Assembly: GCF_963676325.2 (NCBI RefSeq) | Contig: NZ_OY781098.2 | Coordinates: 2,415,807 to 2,479,806, forward strand | DNA from: an uncultured Bacteroides sp. | Lineage (GTDB): Bacteria > Bacteroidota > Bacteroidia > Bacteroidales > Bacteroidaceae | Length of the DNA stretch: 64,000 nucleotides | Direction of reading: 5' to 3' | In this document: piece after piece, positions 10,698-21,175 of the stretch | Layout: the number at the start of each line of letters is the position of its first letter | Numbering within the stretch: the stretch's first letter is position 1 | Notes under the pieces: generated by a model | Told to the model about the DNA's origin: nothing | Database searches by the model: none | Seen by the model: only the letters and a program-made list of their open reading frames with translations | Translations under genes and position numbers: made by a program

Positions 10698-11678
10698 TTA
10701 AAATAAGTTATAAGAAATTCCTACATTGAAGAATGCATTTATTGGTTGAGAGATATCAATATATGGTTTCTTATAAATGCGCTTTTTATCGTACAGACGA
10801 TTAGAGAATGGCTGTATCCCTCCGCCACGGAACGTCAGATAAAAATGTTTTCCTATTAGTGATTCATATATCACTTCTGCTTTTATTTCATTTTTGCTGA
10901 AATAGCAAACCTTAGACATTGCATCTTCTTTGGAATGTATATAAAATTCGTCGCCGTCCAAGGACATTCCAAAAGATAATCTGTCTTTTTTTGTAAAATA
11001 ATGCCTCAAATAAGCATATTTAGGCATTGTAATATCTAACAACCATTCAGAATTGAATTTATGCCAATATGAAAAAATAGGAATTACCGGAACTAAACTT
11101 GCACCAATCATACCTGCAAGTCCTAAATTTATCACTGTTGTAGGAGTATGTTTTAATACCATCATCGCAGTTACAGATCCTTTTATCCTTTCAACTCCTT
11201 TGTCAGAACCATCCAAAGCAAAAGTAGATATGCCTATTATTGTCTTGTTTAACAGTTTAGTGCGATAAGACCCACTTACTGAAACATCCCAATAATGATA
11301 TTCATCATTCCTATTTGCAGGCATTGCAGGACTTTGTCCTAAAGGGAGCTCTATATCTTCCAAATTGAAATGATAATAATTATAGTGTGCATTCCCGAAA
11401 AGTCTCCACTGCTTTGCATTTAAAATAGAAAAAGCAGAAGACACCTTTACCTTTGAGAAATTACTCACAGTTCCTTTTTCCAAGGTCTGATCATTCTGCT
11501 TCAGTTTGTAATCTGCATTTGTATTTTGTTCAAACTGTACATCAAGCGTACGGCTGGCCGAAAAATTTGTGGTTATATACTTGTCGGTCCGGTTACGTAA
11601 AGAATCGGTCTGTTCCTGTGCCAGAATATGATATGGAAGTAATAAACATAGTCCTCCGGTAAAAAATAGTTTTCTCAT
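10698..11678 (-). CDS. hypothetical outer-membrane beta-barrel-like protein
   Basis: 326 aa with a signal peptide (...HILAQ), alternating beta-strand-like composition and a C-terminal ...SYNLF aromatic end. No family recognised. Confidence 0.4.
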   Translation of the reverse strand: MRKLFFTGGLCLLLPYHILAQEQTDSLRNRTDKYITTNFSASRTLDVQFEQNTNADYKLKQNDQTLEKGTVSNFSKVKVSSAFSILNAKQWRLFGNAHYNYYHFNLEDIELPLGQSPAMPANRNDEYHYWDVSVSGSYRTKLLNKTIIGISTFALDGSDKGVERIKGSVTAMMVLKHTPTTVINLGLAGMIGASLVPVIPIFSYWHKFNSEWLLDITMPKYAYLRHYFTKKDRLSFGMSLDGDEFYIHSKEDAMSKVCYFSKNEIKAEVIYESLIGKHFYLTFRGGGIQPFSNRLYDKKRIYKKPYIDISQPINAFFNVGISYNLF

Positions 11679-11868
11679 TTTTTCTAATATATTTAAAATA
11701 CCTGGTTTTATGAATCCTTTAATTATTAATCATTTAGTTGATATTTAGAATTCAAAATTACGTCGTAAGTATGTTTATATTCTTAAAAAAAAGACCGAAA
11801 GGGTTATTTGAAATACCGAAATGAAAGAAAAAGAGACTGAAGAATTTCCTTGATATAGATTAAAAGAA

Positions 11869-11906
11869 AGCAGCCCCGGAAATGGATATCTATTTCCGGG
11901 GCTGCT
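11869..11906 (-). terminator. hairpin terminator downstream of the LytTR two-component operon
   Basis: 15-bp stem agcagccccggaaat / atttccggggctgct with an 8-nt loop, 23 nt past the response regulator stop. Confidence 0.6.
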
Positions 11907-11928
11907 TTAAATGAGGTTGAAAGACTAT

Positions 11929-12693
11929 TTATTTAGTGTACCACTCCTTAAAGCCAGGAACGCGGGCACGACTTACAATGATCTTTTCGGGCGTAGACAC
12001 ATACAAATTCACAGATAATTTACCGCCGAACCAAATAGAAATATCTTTAATTGCTTTATGAGCTATTATGTATTGACGGTTTACCCTGAAAAACAACGAT
12101 GGGTCGAGTTGCCTTGAAAGCTCATCCAGTGAATAATCCATCGTAAATGTTTGTCCATCGAAAGTAGTAATCTTAGCAATCTTAAATTCTGAATAAAGAA
12201 AAGCAATTCTATCTACAGCCAACGGCTGTAACTTATCTTTATACGGTATCAGGAAGTGGGATTTATAGATATCTTTCGTCTGTTGCAGCGTTGCAAGTAT
12301 ATTGGCAACCATATCAGCATTATCGTTTTTAGACGTAAAGTTCCTGAATTTTCCGATAGCCCGTTCCAGATCTTTTTTATTAATCGGCTTCAACAAATAA
12401 TCAATACTGTTCAACTCAAAGGATTTTAACGCATATTCATCGTAAGCGGTTGTGAAAATAATAGGGCAAGTAATGTTTGTCTTATCAAAAATAGAAAAGG
12501 AAGAGCCATCACCCAAATGAATATCCATAAAGACAAAGTCGGGTGCAGAATTTTGCGAAAACCACTCTATACTTTCTTCCACACTTTGCAGAACTGCCAC
12601 AACTTGAATCTCTTTATCCACTTCGCGAATTAAGCGTTCCAAAGCTTGTGCAGCAATAAATTCATCTTCAACTATAACGGTTTTCATAATCAC
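11929..12693 (-). CDS. LytTR family response regulator
   Basis: Receiver domain (VIVEDE...MDIHLGDG) plus a C-terminal LytTR DNA-binding domain. It overlaps the kinase gene by 4 nt. Confidence 0.85.
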   Translation of the reverse strand: MIMKTVIVEDEFIAAQALERLIREVDKEIQVVAVLQSVEESIEWFSQNSAPDFVFMDIHLGDGSSFSIFDKTNITCPIIFTTAYDEYALKSFELNSIDYLLKPINKKDLERAIGKFRNFTSKNDNADMVANILATLQQTKDIYKSHFLIPYKDKLQPLAVDRIAFLYSEFKIAKITTFDGQTFTMDYSLDELSRQLDPSLFFRVNRQYIIAHKAIKDISIWFGGKLSVNLYVSTPEKIIVSRARVPGFKEWYTK

Positions 12694-13739
12694 ATTCTTT
12701 TAGTTGTTTCCAATTCTTTCACCAAAGGTATTTCTACACAGAAAACTCCTGAAGTGTTTGTAATGATAATCTCTTTGTGAAAAAAAAGTTGGTATCGTTC
12801 ACTCAAATTTGCCAAACCGATTTTCCCGTTATCACCATCCACATCACTTTTAAGACGGATTACATTTCTCACTCTGATACTATCATGGTCAGTTATATCT
12901 ACAGTAATGACCAATGGATACTTGTTGCTGATAACATTATGCTTGACTGCATTTTCAATAAGTAGCTGCAGGCTGAATGGCATTATGTAGTATGCGTTAT
13001 ATTTTTCATTGCAGTTAATTTCTACCTGTAAATTATCACTATAACGTATTTTCATCAAATAAATATATGACTTGATAAAATCCAATTCCTTTTCTAGTTG
13101 TAAAACAGTATTGTGCTGCATGGTATAGCGAAACATGAATGATAATTTCTCTACATATTCATGAGCTTTATCATCATCGAAACCAATTAAACCATTCAAG
13201 GTATTTAATGAATTAAACAGGAAATGCGGGTTCACCTGATTTTTCAATGCCTCGTAACGATTACGTATGTTCTCCGTTATTAATGCCTGCTCATTAAGAA
13301 TATTTTGCAGACGCTGATCCCACACAAAATGCAGCATTGTCAACAATACAACAATGGCAGTTGCCGTTAAACTTATACTCAGAATTATCGTAGTTAGAAA
13401 TTTTAATGAAATATTACTGCCGGTGGGTAAAGCCTTAACCCAAGCCCATGAAAGAACTATGCTCAATATAGATGCAATCAATAATGAGCCGATTACAAGC
13501 ACTAAAACTTTATTTTTTAATTTCCATCCATTTTGTATTATTCTGAAATTAAATAAAAATAGCACGTAGAATATAATGAAATTTTCAATAAAAGTAATAG
13601 TCATACTCGGATTGCTAGTTATATCGCTACCATTGTATATTCTGGCCAGAAGTATAATTGCATTTAAAAACACACTTAAGCCTAGTGCCGCAAATAAGGC
13701 GTTTTTATTGCTTAATGGACGAATTTGTTTCTTTCTCAT
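12690..13739 (-). CDS. sensor histidine kinase (LytS/YehU-type)
   Basis: N-terminal multi-TM region followed by a NPHFLFNSLN H-box and an ATPase domain. Confidence 0.8.
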   Translation of the reverse strand: MRKKQIRPLSNKNALFAALGLSVFLNAIILLARIYNGSDITSNPSMTITFIENFIIFYVLFLFNFRIIQNGWKLKNKVLVLVIGSLLIASILSIVLSWAWVKALPTGSNISLKFLTTIILSISLTATAIVVLLTMLHFVWDQRLQNILNEQALITENIRNRYEALKNQVNPHFLFNSLNTLNGLIGFDDDKAHEYVEKLSFMFRYTMQHNTVLQLEKELDFIKSYIYLMKIRYSDNLQVEINCNEKYNAYYIMPFSLQLLIENAVKHNVISNKYPLVITVDITDHDSIRVRNVIRLKSDVDGDNGKIGLANLSERYQLFFHKEIIITNTSGVFCVEIPLVKELETTKRM

Positions 13740-13918
13740 AAACTTATATGCTAATTTGATAAAAATTTACTGATAGCTAATCGTATTATATTATATCCTT
13801 TAATCATATAATATTGATTTATAACTCAAAGATAAGTGATGTTACAATATCCACACCGAAAAAAGATATCGAAATTCTATTTTTGAGTACTGAAATGATT
13901 ATATTAAATAACGAAATA

Positions 13919-14839
13919 TTAAATGGGTTGACTTTCCAGAATTTTATTTCTATATTCTATAGGAGTAATCCCTGTGTGCTTCTTGAAAAATTTACTAAAA
14001 GAAGATTGCTCTCCAAAATGAAGCTCTTCCGAAATCTGCTGAATGTTGGTACCAGGTTTACGTAGTAATATCTTTGCTTCTGAAATCAAAGCATCACTAA
14101 TCCATTTCATAGCAGATTTACCACTGAAAGCGTTCAAAACACGTGAAAGGTGACCAGGTGTAATGCACAATTCTTTTGCATAAAACGAAACTTCATGCTG
14201 CTCTTTACAATGCCCCAAAATCAACATTATAAAATTCTGAATAATATTATCTTTGGAATCTTCTTTGTATGCATCATTCTCGTTTTTGTATCTTGTCTTA
14301 TAAGTGATATTCGCAATTTCCAGAATAAAGTTACTTACTTCATTTTTAATCAGTTCTTTTTGGCAGATATGATCGCTTGCTTTTATGCCTCTCTTTATGT
14401 GTCCTATAATATCTGTGATGAGTTGCATATTATCATTTTCAAGCATAAGTAAAGGGCTAGTACGACTAGATGTTGTCAATTTCTTGATGATTTGTATTTC
14501 TTCAACAATAGACATTATAAATTTCTCAGAGAAAATAAGGCCATATCCTTCAAAATTCTTCCCCATATGAATATCATCCAATATGTGAAGCTTACTCAGC
14601 GATAACATCATTCCTTTTGTCAACCGATAGTTTTTGTAATCAACAGTGAAAGAAATATCGCCATATTTACAAAGAATGAAAGTCACAGCATCTATCCGAA
14701 TAGACGGCATACTCGCATCAAGAGGCTGTTGTTCATCAGTATTCTTGATTGTATAAACAATCACATCATCACCAAATGCTTCGGCTGAAGCATCCTTCGT
14801 ATTTAATATATTCTCGAAACTTACATTTAACGCATCCAT
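13919..14839 (-). CDS. AraC family transcriptional regulator
   Basis: 306 aa with a C-terminal AraC double HTH (...GITPIEYRNK). Confidence 0.75.
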   Translation of the reverse strand: MDALNVSFENILNTKDASAEAFGDDVIVYTIKNTDEQQPLDASMPSIRIDAVTFILCKYGDISFTVDYKNYRLTKGMMLSLSKLHILDDIHMGKNFEGYGLIFSEKFIMSIVEEIQIIKKLTTSSRTSPLLMLENDNMQLITDIIGHIKRGIKASDHICQKELIKNEVSNFILEIANITYKTRYKNENDAYKEDSKDNIIQNFIMLILGHCKEQHEVSFYAKELCITPGHLSRVLNAFSGKSAMKWISDALISEAKILLRKPGTNIQQISEELHFGEQSSFSKFFKKHTGITPIEYRNKILESQPI

Positions 14840-15046
14840 ACAGAAAATATTATGTTATGCAAATGTATGTCTTTTTAATGAACTTATCTATATGAAAGAT
14901 AAGGGAATCACATAGATACATATAACAGAATAAAGTATCGCCAGACTCTTACAAAATATAACCTGAGCTGACTAAATCATTGAGCAATGGTTGTAATTAA
15001 TTGGTGAATGGCTAATATTTATTCTCCAATAATTTAAAAAAAAAAT

Positions 15047-15096
15047 ATTGAGTCGAGTAGGCTTGAGCTGAAATGCTCAGGCCTACTCGACTCAAT
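15047..15096 (-). terminator. long hairpin terminator after the nitroreductase gene
   Basis: 16-bp stem attgagtcgagtaggc / gcctactcgactcaat. On the minus strand it is followed by a 10-nt T run. Confidence 0.65.
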
Positions 15097-15111
15097 TCAA
15101 GAAAAACATTA

Positions 15112-16173
15112 TTATTCTGAAACCATAGCCTTATTCAGCTCTTCAATAAACTTGTAATTCACAATCACTTCACTAACATCTTTTCGCTTTGAGTAGGCCA
15201 CCGGCTTTGCATATCCTATACGCATAAGTATCATAGGATATTCGTGATTGATTGGGAATTCAGAACGCATTTCTGATTGCAGATTCAGAATCTCACAAGG
15301 CTGATTTATGTAAGCATTAGCAATTCCGGCTTTTGTTGTTTCAAGCAGAAAATGTTCCAGACAACGACCTGTATTAATCCATCCCTGAATACTATTTTCC
15401 TTAGAGGTTATCAGCACAAGATGTGAAGACGAATTAATTTTTGCCATATCTGCATTATTCTGTTTCTTGCTGTTGAGGAATGAATTCATTATCGGTTTGG
15501 AAATAAACGATGGCATATTGGGTGCACCAAAAGTAGCATAGCTCAGTCCGTCGTTTGCTTTTTCTGATTGTCTTTTGTTAAAGCGAATCCATGACTTCAG
15601 TTCCGTGGTGAAAAGAGTATCGCCCATTTGCAGAATATTTCCCTCTTTTACATACTCTTTCAAAGAATCAAAAGGTGCGGTATTCTTTTTCCAGGAATAA
15701 ATGGATGCTTCACCTGTGCCACACTTTTCAATAATGCTTTTTAAAGTGGCATCAGCTACTTCTTTTCCATTATATTTTGAACGATTCGTTTGTCTTTTTG
15801 CTATTTCCTCAAATAGTGTTTCATCCTCAAGAGTCTGCTCTTTTACCAGCTCAACAGTAATTGTTCCTTCATTGCTTAAAGAAACAGCAGGCAGATACTT
15901 CATGTGGCGGGCTGCTACGCAAAGATTTTCCGTTGCACATCCAAGACTGATAAACAGCTCCCGGTGATTGCTGTCCACTACCGGCAAAGCTCTGTCAAAG
16001 TTAGGGTATATAATAATTCTGCTACTTTCTATCTTAAATTTCCAGGGTTGAGTATTGTGCCCTGAAGGTGCTTTGATTGCTTGTTCTACCAGAAATATAA
16101 AATCCTTATTTTGAGCATACATATTATTCATACCAATCACTCCTAAAATTATTATTATAAAAATCCTTTTCAT
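15112..16173 (-). CDS. nitroreductase-family flavoprotein, tandem/Acg-like, with N-terminal signal or anchor sequence
   Basis: About 353 aa with nitroreductase-like motifs (APSGHNTQPWKF). The N-terminus is MKRIFIIIILGVIGMNNMYAQ. The ATG at 16173 overlaps the TetR stop (ATGA). Confidence 0.65.
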   Translation of the reverse strand: MKRIFIIIILGVIGMNNMYAQNKDFIFLVEQAIKAPSGHNTQPWKFKIESSRIIIYPNFDRALPVVDSNHRELFISLGCATENLCVAARHMKYLPAVSLSNEGTITVELVKEQTLEDETLFEEIAKRQTNRSKYNGKEVADATLKSIIEKCGTGEASIYSWKKNTAPFDSLKEYVKEGNILQMGDTLFTTELKSWIRFNKRQSEKANDGLSYATFGAPNMPSFISKPIMNSFLNSKKQNNADMAKINSSSHLVLITSKENSIQGWINTGRCLEHFLLETTKAGIANAYINQPCEILNLQSEMRSEFPINHEYPMILMRIGYAKPVAYSKRKDVSEVIVNYKFIEELNKAMVSE

Positions 16174-16787
16174 TGCTTTAAGTTGTTTATCCATAAATCT
16201 ATAATTGTATCGATCCCTTTTGCTAACTGCTCCCAGCCAGCATCACTTTGTATGGATATGCCATTGTACACCGGACACAACTCTTCAAGCATTGCCAGAT
16301 AACTTATAGATGCAGATAATACACTTGCCAGAGCAGCCACCTCATCCTGTGGAACAGCAGCCAGTTTACTCATGACCTCCACCAGTCGGGATCCATTTTT
16401 CTCTCTCTGCTCGCGAAGGCCTACAGTAACCGGGTTATCAGTTGAGAGTTCCCATCTGCACAATCTTCTTAGTGCCACATCTTTACGCAACTGGTAAATC
16501 TGCTGCCTAAACATCTCTTTTAGAAAATCACCCAGATTATTAATCTCAGGAATAGCATCAGTAGGAATATTTATCCAGTAATCATATTTAAGTATGTACT
16601 GCATAATAAGCTCGTCAATAGAACCAAAGTAACGGTATATCAACATTTTTGAAATATTAGCCCGTTGTGCAACCGCATTTATGCCTACCTTTTCAAATCC
16701 GCATTCAGTGATTATCTCCCCTACCGCATCCAGAATCTTCTTTTCCGTCAGATCTCTGTTTTTAACCAGTGTATCAGTTTTATCCAT
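16170..16787 (-). CDS. TetR/AcrR family transcriptional regulator
   Basis: N-terminal TetR HTH (GFEKVGINAVAQRANISKMLIYRYFGS). Confidence 0.85.
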   Translation of the reverse strand: MDKTDTLVKNRDLTEKKILDAVGEIITECGFEKVGINAVAQRANISKMLIYRYFGSIDELIMQYILKYDYWINIPTDAIPEINNLGDFLKEMFRQQIYQLRKDVALRRLCRWELSTDNPVTVGLREQREKNGSRLVEVMSKLAAVPQDEVAALASVLSASISYLAMLEELCPVYNGISIQSDAGWEQLAKGIDTIIDLWINNLKQ

Positions 16788-16800
16788 AAAAAATATTAGT

Positions 16801-16842
16801 TGTTACTTATCGGTAACAAAAGTATGTTACTAATTGGTAACA
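16801..16842. promoter_or_regulatory. twin palindromic operator candidates upstream of the TetR gene
   Basis: TGTTACttatcgGTAACA (16801-16818) and TGTTACtaattgGTAACA (16825-16842). Centres are 24 bp apart, starting 14 bp upstream of the TetR ATG. Confidence 0.45.
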
Positions 16843-17116
16843 ACAAAATATTATCGCAACTTATTAAGGAATTTTATCTGTTTTATCATTAATAAACAAT
16901 TAAATATTATTTGTAAGTTCCCTCCAGAATCCGGTCGATCGCTTAGTTTTCAGATTCATATTTACTTTTTTAATACAAAATTAGTCACAGGAATAGGATA
17001 AAAATCACAAGATGTCACCAGTTCTAACCACATTTATTCTATAGATAAAGATTTTTTATACCTTTTGAGCTCATGAATATCTCGCAAATACTCTAAATTT
17101 GAGCAAAATTTGAAAA

Positions 17117-18844
17117 ATGAAAGAAAGAAAAAATAATAATTCCGGTTTATTTGCTCTACTAAAGCCTTATGCAAAGATGAATAGCTGGATGCTCTTATTC
17201 GCTCTGCTAAGCAATGTTATCAATTTAGCGCTACCCAAGATTATATCATACACAATTGATAGTTTGTCAAAAGGAAACATAAATTTCAAACTGATTGCAG
17301 CGGCTTTTCTTGGAGCAGCATTACTTATCAGTATATTTACCTTGCTGCAAAATGTTGTTCAGACATACACTTCAGAGAAGGTAGCAAAAGATACCCGCCG
17401 GAAGTTATCGGACAAGATTCTGAGACAGAGCTATGCATACATACAGCAGGCCAATCCATCGAAGTTACTCACCAACCTGACTTCGGACATAGATTCCATC
17501 AAGCAGTTTGTTGCTCAGGCTGTGGTATCCATTGTATCCTCCGTGTTCATTATTATCGGCGTTATTGTACTGTTATTCAGCATCAACTGGCAACTGACTC
17601 TGGCTATTCTGGTCATCATTCCTGCCATATCGGGTTCATTCTATTTCACTATGCGCAAGGCAAAGCCGAAGTTTAAGAAGAGCAGGGAGGCCATTGACAA
17701 ACTGAATCTGGTTATCAATGAAAGTATTCTGGGGTCAATGCTTATACGCATAATGAATGCACAGCAAAAGGAATATAATAAGTTTATCAGCACCAACGGC
17801 GAAGCCAGAAATATAGGACTCTCAATTGTAGCTTTATTCTCTACCCTTATTCCTATTATTTCATTCATTGCAGATGCTTCCATACTTATAACGGTACTGC
17901 TGGGAGGACATTTTGTAATAAGCAGCAGCATGACTTTGGGTGATTTTGCTGCGTTCAACAGTTATCTGTCCATTCTCTTCTTCCCTATTATGGTGATAGG
18001 ATTTATGAGTAATATTATTTCTCAGGCCAGCGTGTCATACAAAAGAGTAAAAGAAGTGCTCGAAGTTCCCGAAACTATTGAAGAAGGTAAGATTACAAAT
18101 GATATAATCGGAAACATTGAAGTAGACGATATTTCGGTGATATATAACGGGAAACCTGCTTTGAAGGATATTTCTTTTTCTGTAGAAGCAGGCAGTCGCA
18201 CCGCTGTTATTGGTCCAACCGCTGCAGGAAAAAGCCAGTTACTCTATGCACTAACCGGATTGATTACCCCGAACTACGGAACAATTAGTTTTGAAGGGAA
18301 TGTAGTCAGCCAATACAATGCAGAGACATTTCACAGTCAGGTAGGGTTTGTTTTTCAGGACAGTATTATTTTCAATATGAGTATTCGTGAAAACATTGCT
18401 TTCAGCAATCAGGTTACAGAAGAATCATTGGAAAAAGCTATTGATACAGCCGAACTGAGAGACTTCATCAATGCACTTCCAAACAAGCTTGATACAATGG
18501 CAAGTGAACGGGGAACGAGTCTTTCCGGCGGACAGAAACAGCGAATTATGCTGGCACGTGCATTGGCTCTTAACCCAAAAGTGTTGCTTTTAGATGATTT
18601 CACTGCCAGAGTAGATAATAAGACCGAGAAGAAAATATTAAAAAATATCGAGCGCAATTATCCTGGAATTACGCTTATATCTGTCACACAAAAGATTTCG
18701 TCTATTAAAGATTTCGACCAGATCATTCTTATTATGGAAAGTGAGATGATTGCCAAAGGAACACATCAGGAACTTATAACTAACTGTCCTGAATATATTC
18801 AGATATACAATTCGCAGAAAAGTACCAGCTATTATGAACTATAA
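17117..18844 (+). CDS. ABC exporter, fused permease/ATPase (heterodimer partner 1)
   Basis: 6-TM domain plus an NBD with Walker A GPTAAGKS, signature LSGGQKQR and Walker B LLLDD. Confidence 0.9.
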   Translation: MKERKNNNSGLFALLKPYAKMNSWMLLFALLSNVINLALPKIISYTIDSLSKGNINFKLIAAAFLGAALLISIFTLLQNVVQTYTSEKVAKDTRRKLSDKILRQSYAYIQQANPSKLLTNLTSDIDSIKQFVAQAVVSIVSSVFIIIGVIVLLFSINWQLTLAILVIIPAISGSFYFTMRKAKPKFKKSREAIDKLNLVINESILGSMLIRIMNAQQKEYNKFISTNGEARNIGLSIVALFSTLIPIISFIADASILITVLLGGHFVISSSMTLGDFAAFNSYLSILFFPIMVIGFMSNIISQASVSYKRVKEVLEVPETIEEGKITNDIIGNIEVDDISVIYNGKPALKDISFSVEAGSRTAVIGPTAAGKSQLLYALTGLITPNYGTISFEGNVVSQYNAETFHSQVGFVFQDSIIFNMSIRENIAFSNQVTEESLEKAIDTAELRDFINALPNKLDTMASERGTSLSGGQKQRIMLARALALNPKVLLLDDFTARVDNKTEKKILKNIERNYPGITLISVTQKISSIKDFDQIILIMESEMIAKGTHQELITNCPEYIQIYNSQKSTSYYEL

Positions 18845-20588
18845 ATTATCAAATACAGAAGAGCAGAAAAGCATCACCCAATTTAACTACAAAAAGTTCT
18901 GGGAGTTGCTGAAAGATGAGAAAAGAAGTCTCATCATCTGCACCATTAATATTCTCATTAACGCCGTGCTTAATATGATTGCCCCTTTTCTGATAGGTAT
19001 TGCAGTAAATGAATATATGCAGACCAAACAGTTTAACGGGGTTCTTACCATTTCATGTTACTTGCTGTTGATCTATCTCGGAGTACTTGCCACCGGAGCT
19101 ATTCAGGGCAAAGTGATGGGTGGTGTGGGGCAAAGAATGCTCTTTAAAATCCGTAACCGTCTTTTCTGGAAGTTGCAGGAGCTGCCTGTCGACTTCTTCT
19201 ACCAGAATAAATCGGGCGACTTGATTTCAAGGATAAACAACGATACCGACAAACTAAATCAGTTCTTCTCGCAATCGCTTATTCAGTTTATGAATAGTGT
19301 TTTCTTCATCGCAGGTGCTGCGGTAGCATTGCTATGCATCAACTTTAAACTGGGAGCTACGGCTCTGGTACCTGCCATTGTCCTTTGGGGATTTACCAAA
19401 GCTTCTTCCAGATGGGTAAAAAAGAAGAATGAAATAAGCATGAGAACCATGGGCGATTTAAGTGCTGAGGTGCAGGAGAACCTTACAAACTTCAAGGTGA
19501 TTACGGCATTCAACAGACGTGATTACTTTAAAAAGAAATTCGATGAAAGCAATGAAAAAAATTATCAGGCTTCAGTAAAAGCCGGACTAGCCAATACTTT
19601 GTTCCTGCCTATCTACGGCTTTTGTTCCAACATCGGACAATTTATAGTGCTTGCCTTTGGTATTTATCTTATCATGCAAGGACAATTTACAGTCGGTTTC
19701 CTAATCAGTTTCCTTACTTATATAAATTACTTCTATGATCCATTGAGACGTATTGCCGCATTATGGACAAACTTCCAGATTGCACTGGCTGCATGGGATC
19801 GTATTTCACATATTTTTTCGATGGAGAGTAATCTGCCAATCATGGAATGCAAAAAGAGTGAATCTGATGCTTCGCTTTTATCTTTCAAAGACGTAACATT
19901 CAGCTATCCGAATGGAAATGAAGTACTGAAACACATTAGTTTCAATCTGGAATCGGGTAAAACATACGCATTTGTAGGTCCTACCGGTGGAGGAAAAACA
20001 ACTACAGCTTCATTGATAGCCCGACTTTACGACCCAACCAAAGGAACTATATTCTTTGAAGGAAAAGACATTCGTTGTTATCACTCCGAAGAGAGAGCCA
20101 GAAACATCGGATTTATTCTGCAAGACCCATTTCTTTTCTCCGGAACAGTGCTCGATAATATAATCTATGGCAATGAAGAGTTCAACCAGCTATCAGAAAA
20201 CGAATCTATTCAAAAGATAGAAGATGCCGGACTGCATGAGTTAATAGATAAGTTTGATGATGGACTAAAAACCACCATTAACCTGAACAGTGAAGATATA
20301 AGTCTGGGACAAAAGCAGCTTATTGCCTTTATGCGGGCTGTACTTCGCAAACCGAAACTGCTGATACTTGATGAAGCCACAGCCAATATTGATACAGTAA
20401 GCGAGCAATTGCTTGAAGAGATTCTGCAAAGATTACCTAATAGTACAACGAAAGTTATCATTGCTCACCGTCTGAACACAATAGCAAATGCCGACGAGAT
20501 TTATTTTGTAAACTCAGGAACTGTAGTCAAAGCCGGTTCACCACAGGATGCTGTTAATCTGTTGCTTCACGGAAAAAGAGAAAGCTAG
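18834..20588 (+). CDS. ABC exporter, fused permease/ATPase (heterodimer partner 2)
   Basis: Walker A GPTGGGKTT, degenerate signature ISLGQKQL and Walker B LILDEATA. It overlaps the upstream partner by 11 nt. Confidence 0.9.
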   Translation: MNYKLSNTEEQKSITQFNYKKFWELLKDEKRSLIICTINILINAVLNMIAPFLIGIAVNEYMQTKQFNGVLTISCYLLLIYLGVLATGAIQGKVMGGVGQRMLFKIRNRLFWKLQELPVDFFYQNKSGDLISRINNDTDKLNQFFSQSLIQFMNSVFFIAGAAVALLCINFKLGATALVPAIVLWGFTKASSRWVKKKNEISMRTMGDLSAEVQENLTNFKVITAFNRRDYFKKKFDESNEKNYQASVKAGLANTLFLPIYGFCSNIGQFIVLAFGIYLIMQGQFTVGFLISFLTYINYFYDPLRRIAALWTNFQIALAAWDRISHIFSMESNLPIMECKKSESDASLLSFKDVTFSYPNGNEVLKHISFNLESGKTYAFVGPTGGGKTTTASLIARLYDPTKGTIFFEGKDIRCYHSEERARNIGFILQDPFLFSGTVLDNIIYGNEEFNQLSENESIQKIEDAGLHELIDKFDDGLKTTINLNSEDISLGQKQLIAFMRAVLRKPKLLILDEATANIDTVSEQLLEEILQRLPNSTTKVIIAHRLNTIANADEIYFVNSGTVVKAGSPQDAVNLLLHGKRES

Positions 20589-20599
20589 AACAATACTAT

Positions 20600-21076
20600 A
20601 TGGAACCAAGAATAGAACTTTTAGCAGAGAAAAAACTGGTGGGTAAAAGGCTAAATATGACTTTATCAAACGATCGGACATTTGAATTGTGGCACAGTTT
20701 TATGCCTCACAGAAAAGAGATAAAAAACACTATTAGCGCTGATTTATTTTGCTTACAGGTATACAATAAGAATCTTGATTTTAAAGATTTCAATTCACAG
20801 ACTGAGTTCGAAAAGTGGGCAGCTATAGAAGTTACCAACTTTAATGACATTCCGGATAATATGGAAACTTATACCCTGAATGGCGGTCTTTATGCCGTTT
20901 TTATTCATAAAGGAGCTCCTAGTTCTTTTCCCAAAACGTTTCAATTCATATTCAATGAATGGTTACCTAAATCAGACTATGAACTTGATAACAGAGAACA
21001 TTTTGATTTGATGGGCGAGAAATACAAGAACAATGATCCTGAATCGGAAGAAGAAATCTGGGTACCTATCAGATAA
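20600..21076 (+). CDS. GyrI-like (AraC effector-binding / SbmC-like) small-molecule-binding protein
   Basis: 158 aa, stand-alone. The pattern ...GGLYAVFIHKG...W...REHFDL... is typical of GyrI-like domains. It starts 12 nt after the ABC genes. Confidence 0.65.
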   Translation: MEPRIELLAEKKLVGKRLNMTLSNDRTFELWHSFMPHRKEIKNTISADLFCLQVYNKNLDFKDFNSQTEFEKWAAIEVTNFNDIPDNMETYTLNGGLYAVFIHKGAPSSFPKTFQFIFNEWLPKSDYELDNREHFDLMGEKYKNNDPESEEEIWVPIR

Positions 21077-21126
21077 ATGTAACATCAAAATTAAGAGTGT
21101 ATTATAATAATAGTCTCAAAAATAAA

Positions 21127-21167
21127 AAAGGCTCTTGCATAGGTTAAAATCCAACGCAAGAGCCTTT
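21127..21167. terminator. bidirectional hairpin terminator between convergent genes
   Basis: 12-bp stem aaaggctcttgc / gcaagagccttt with A/T runs on both sides. Confidence 0.6.
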
Positions 21168-21175
21168 CTTATAAT

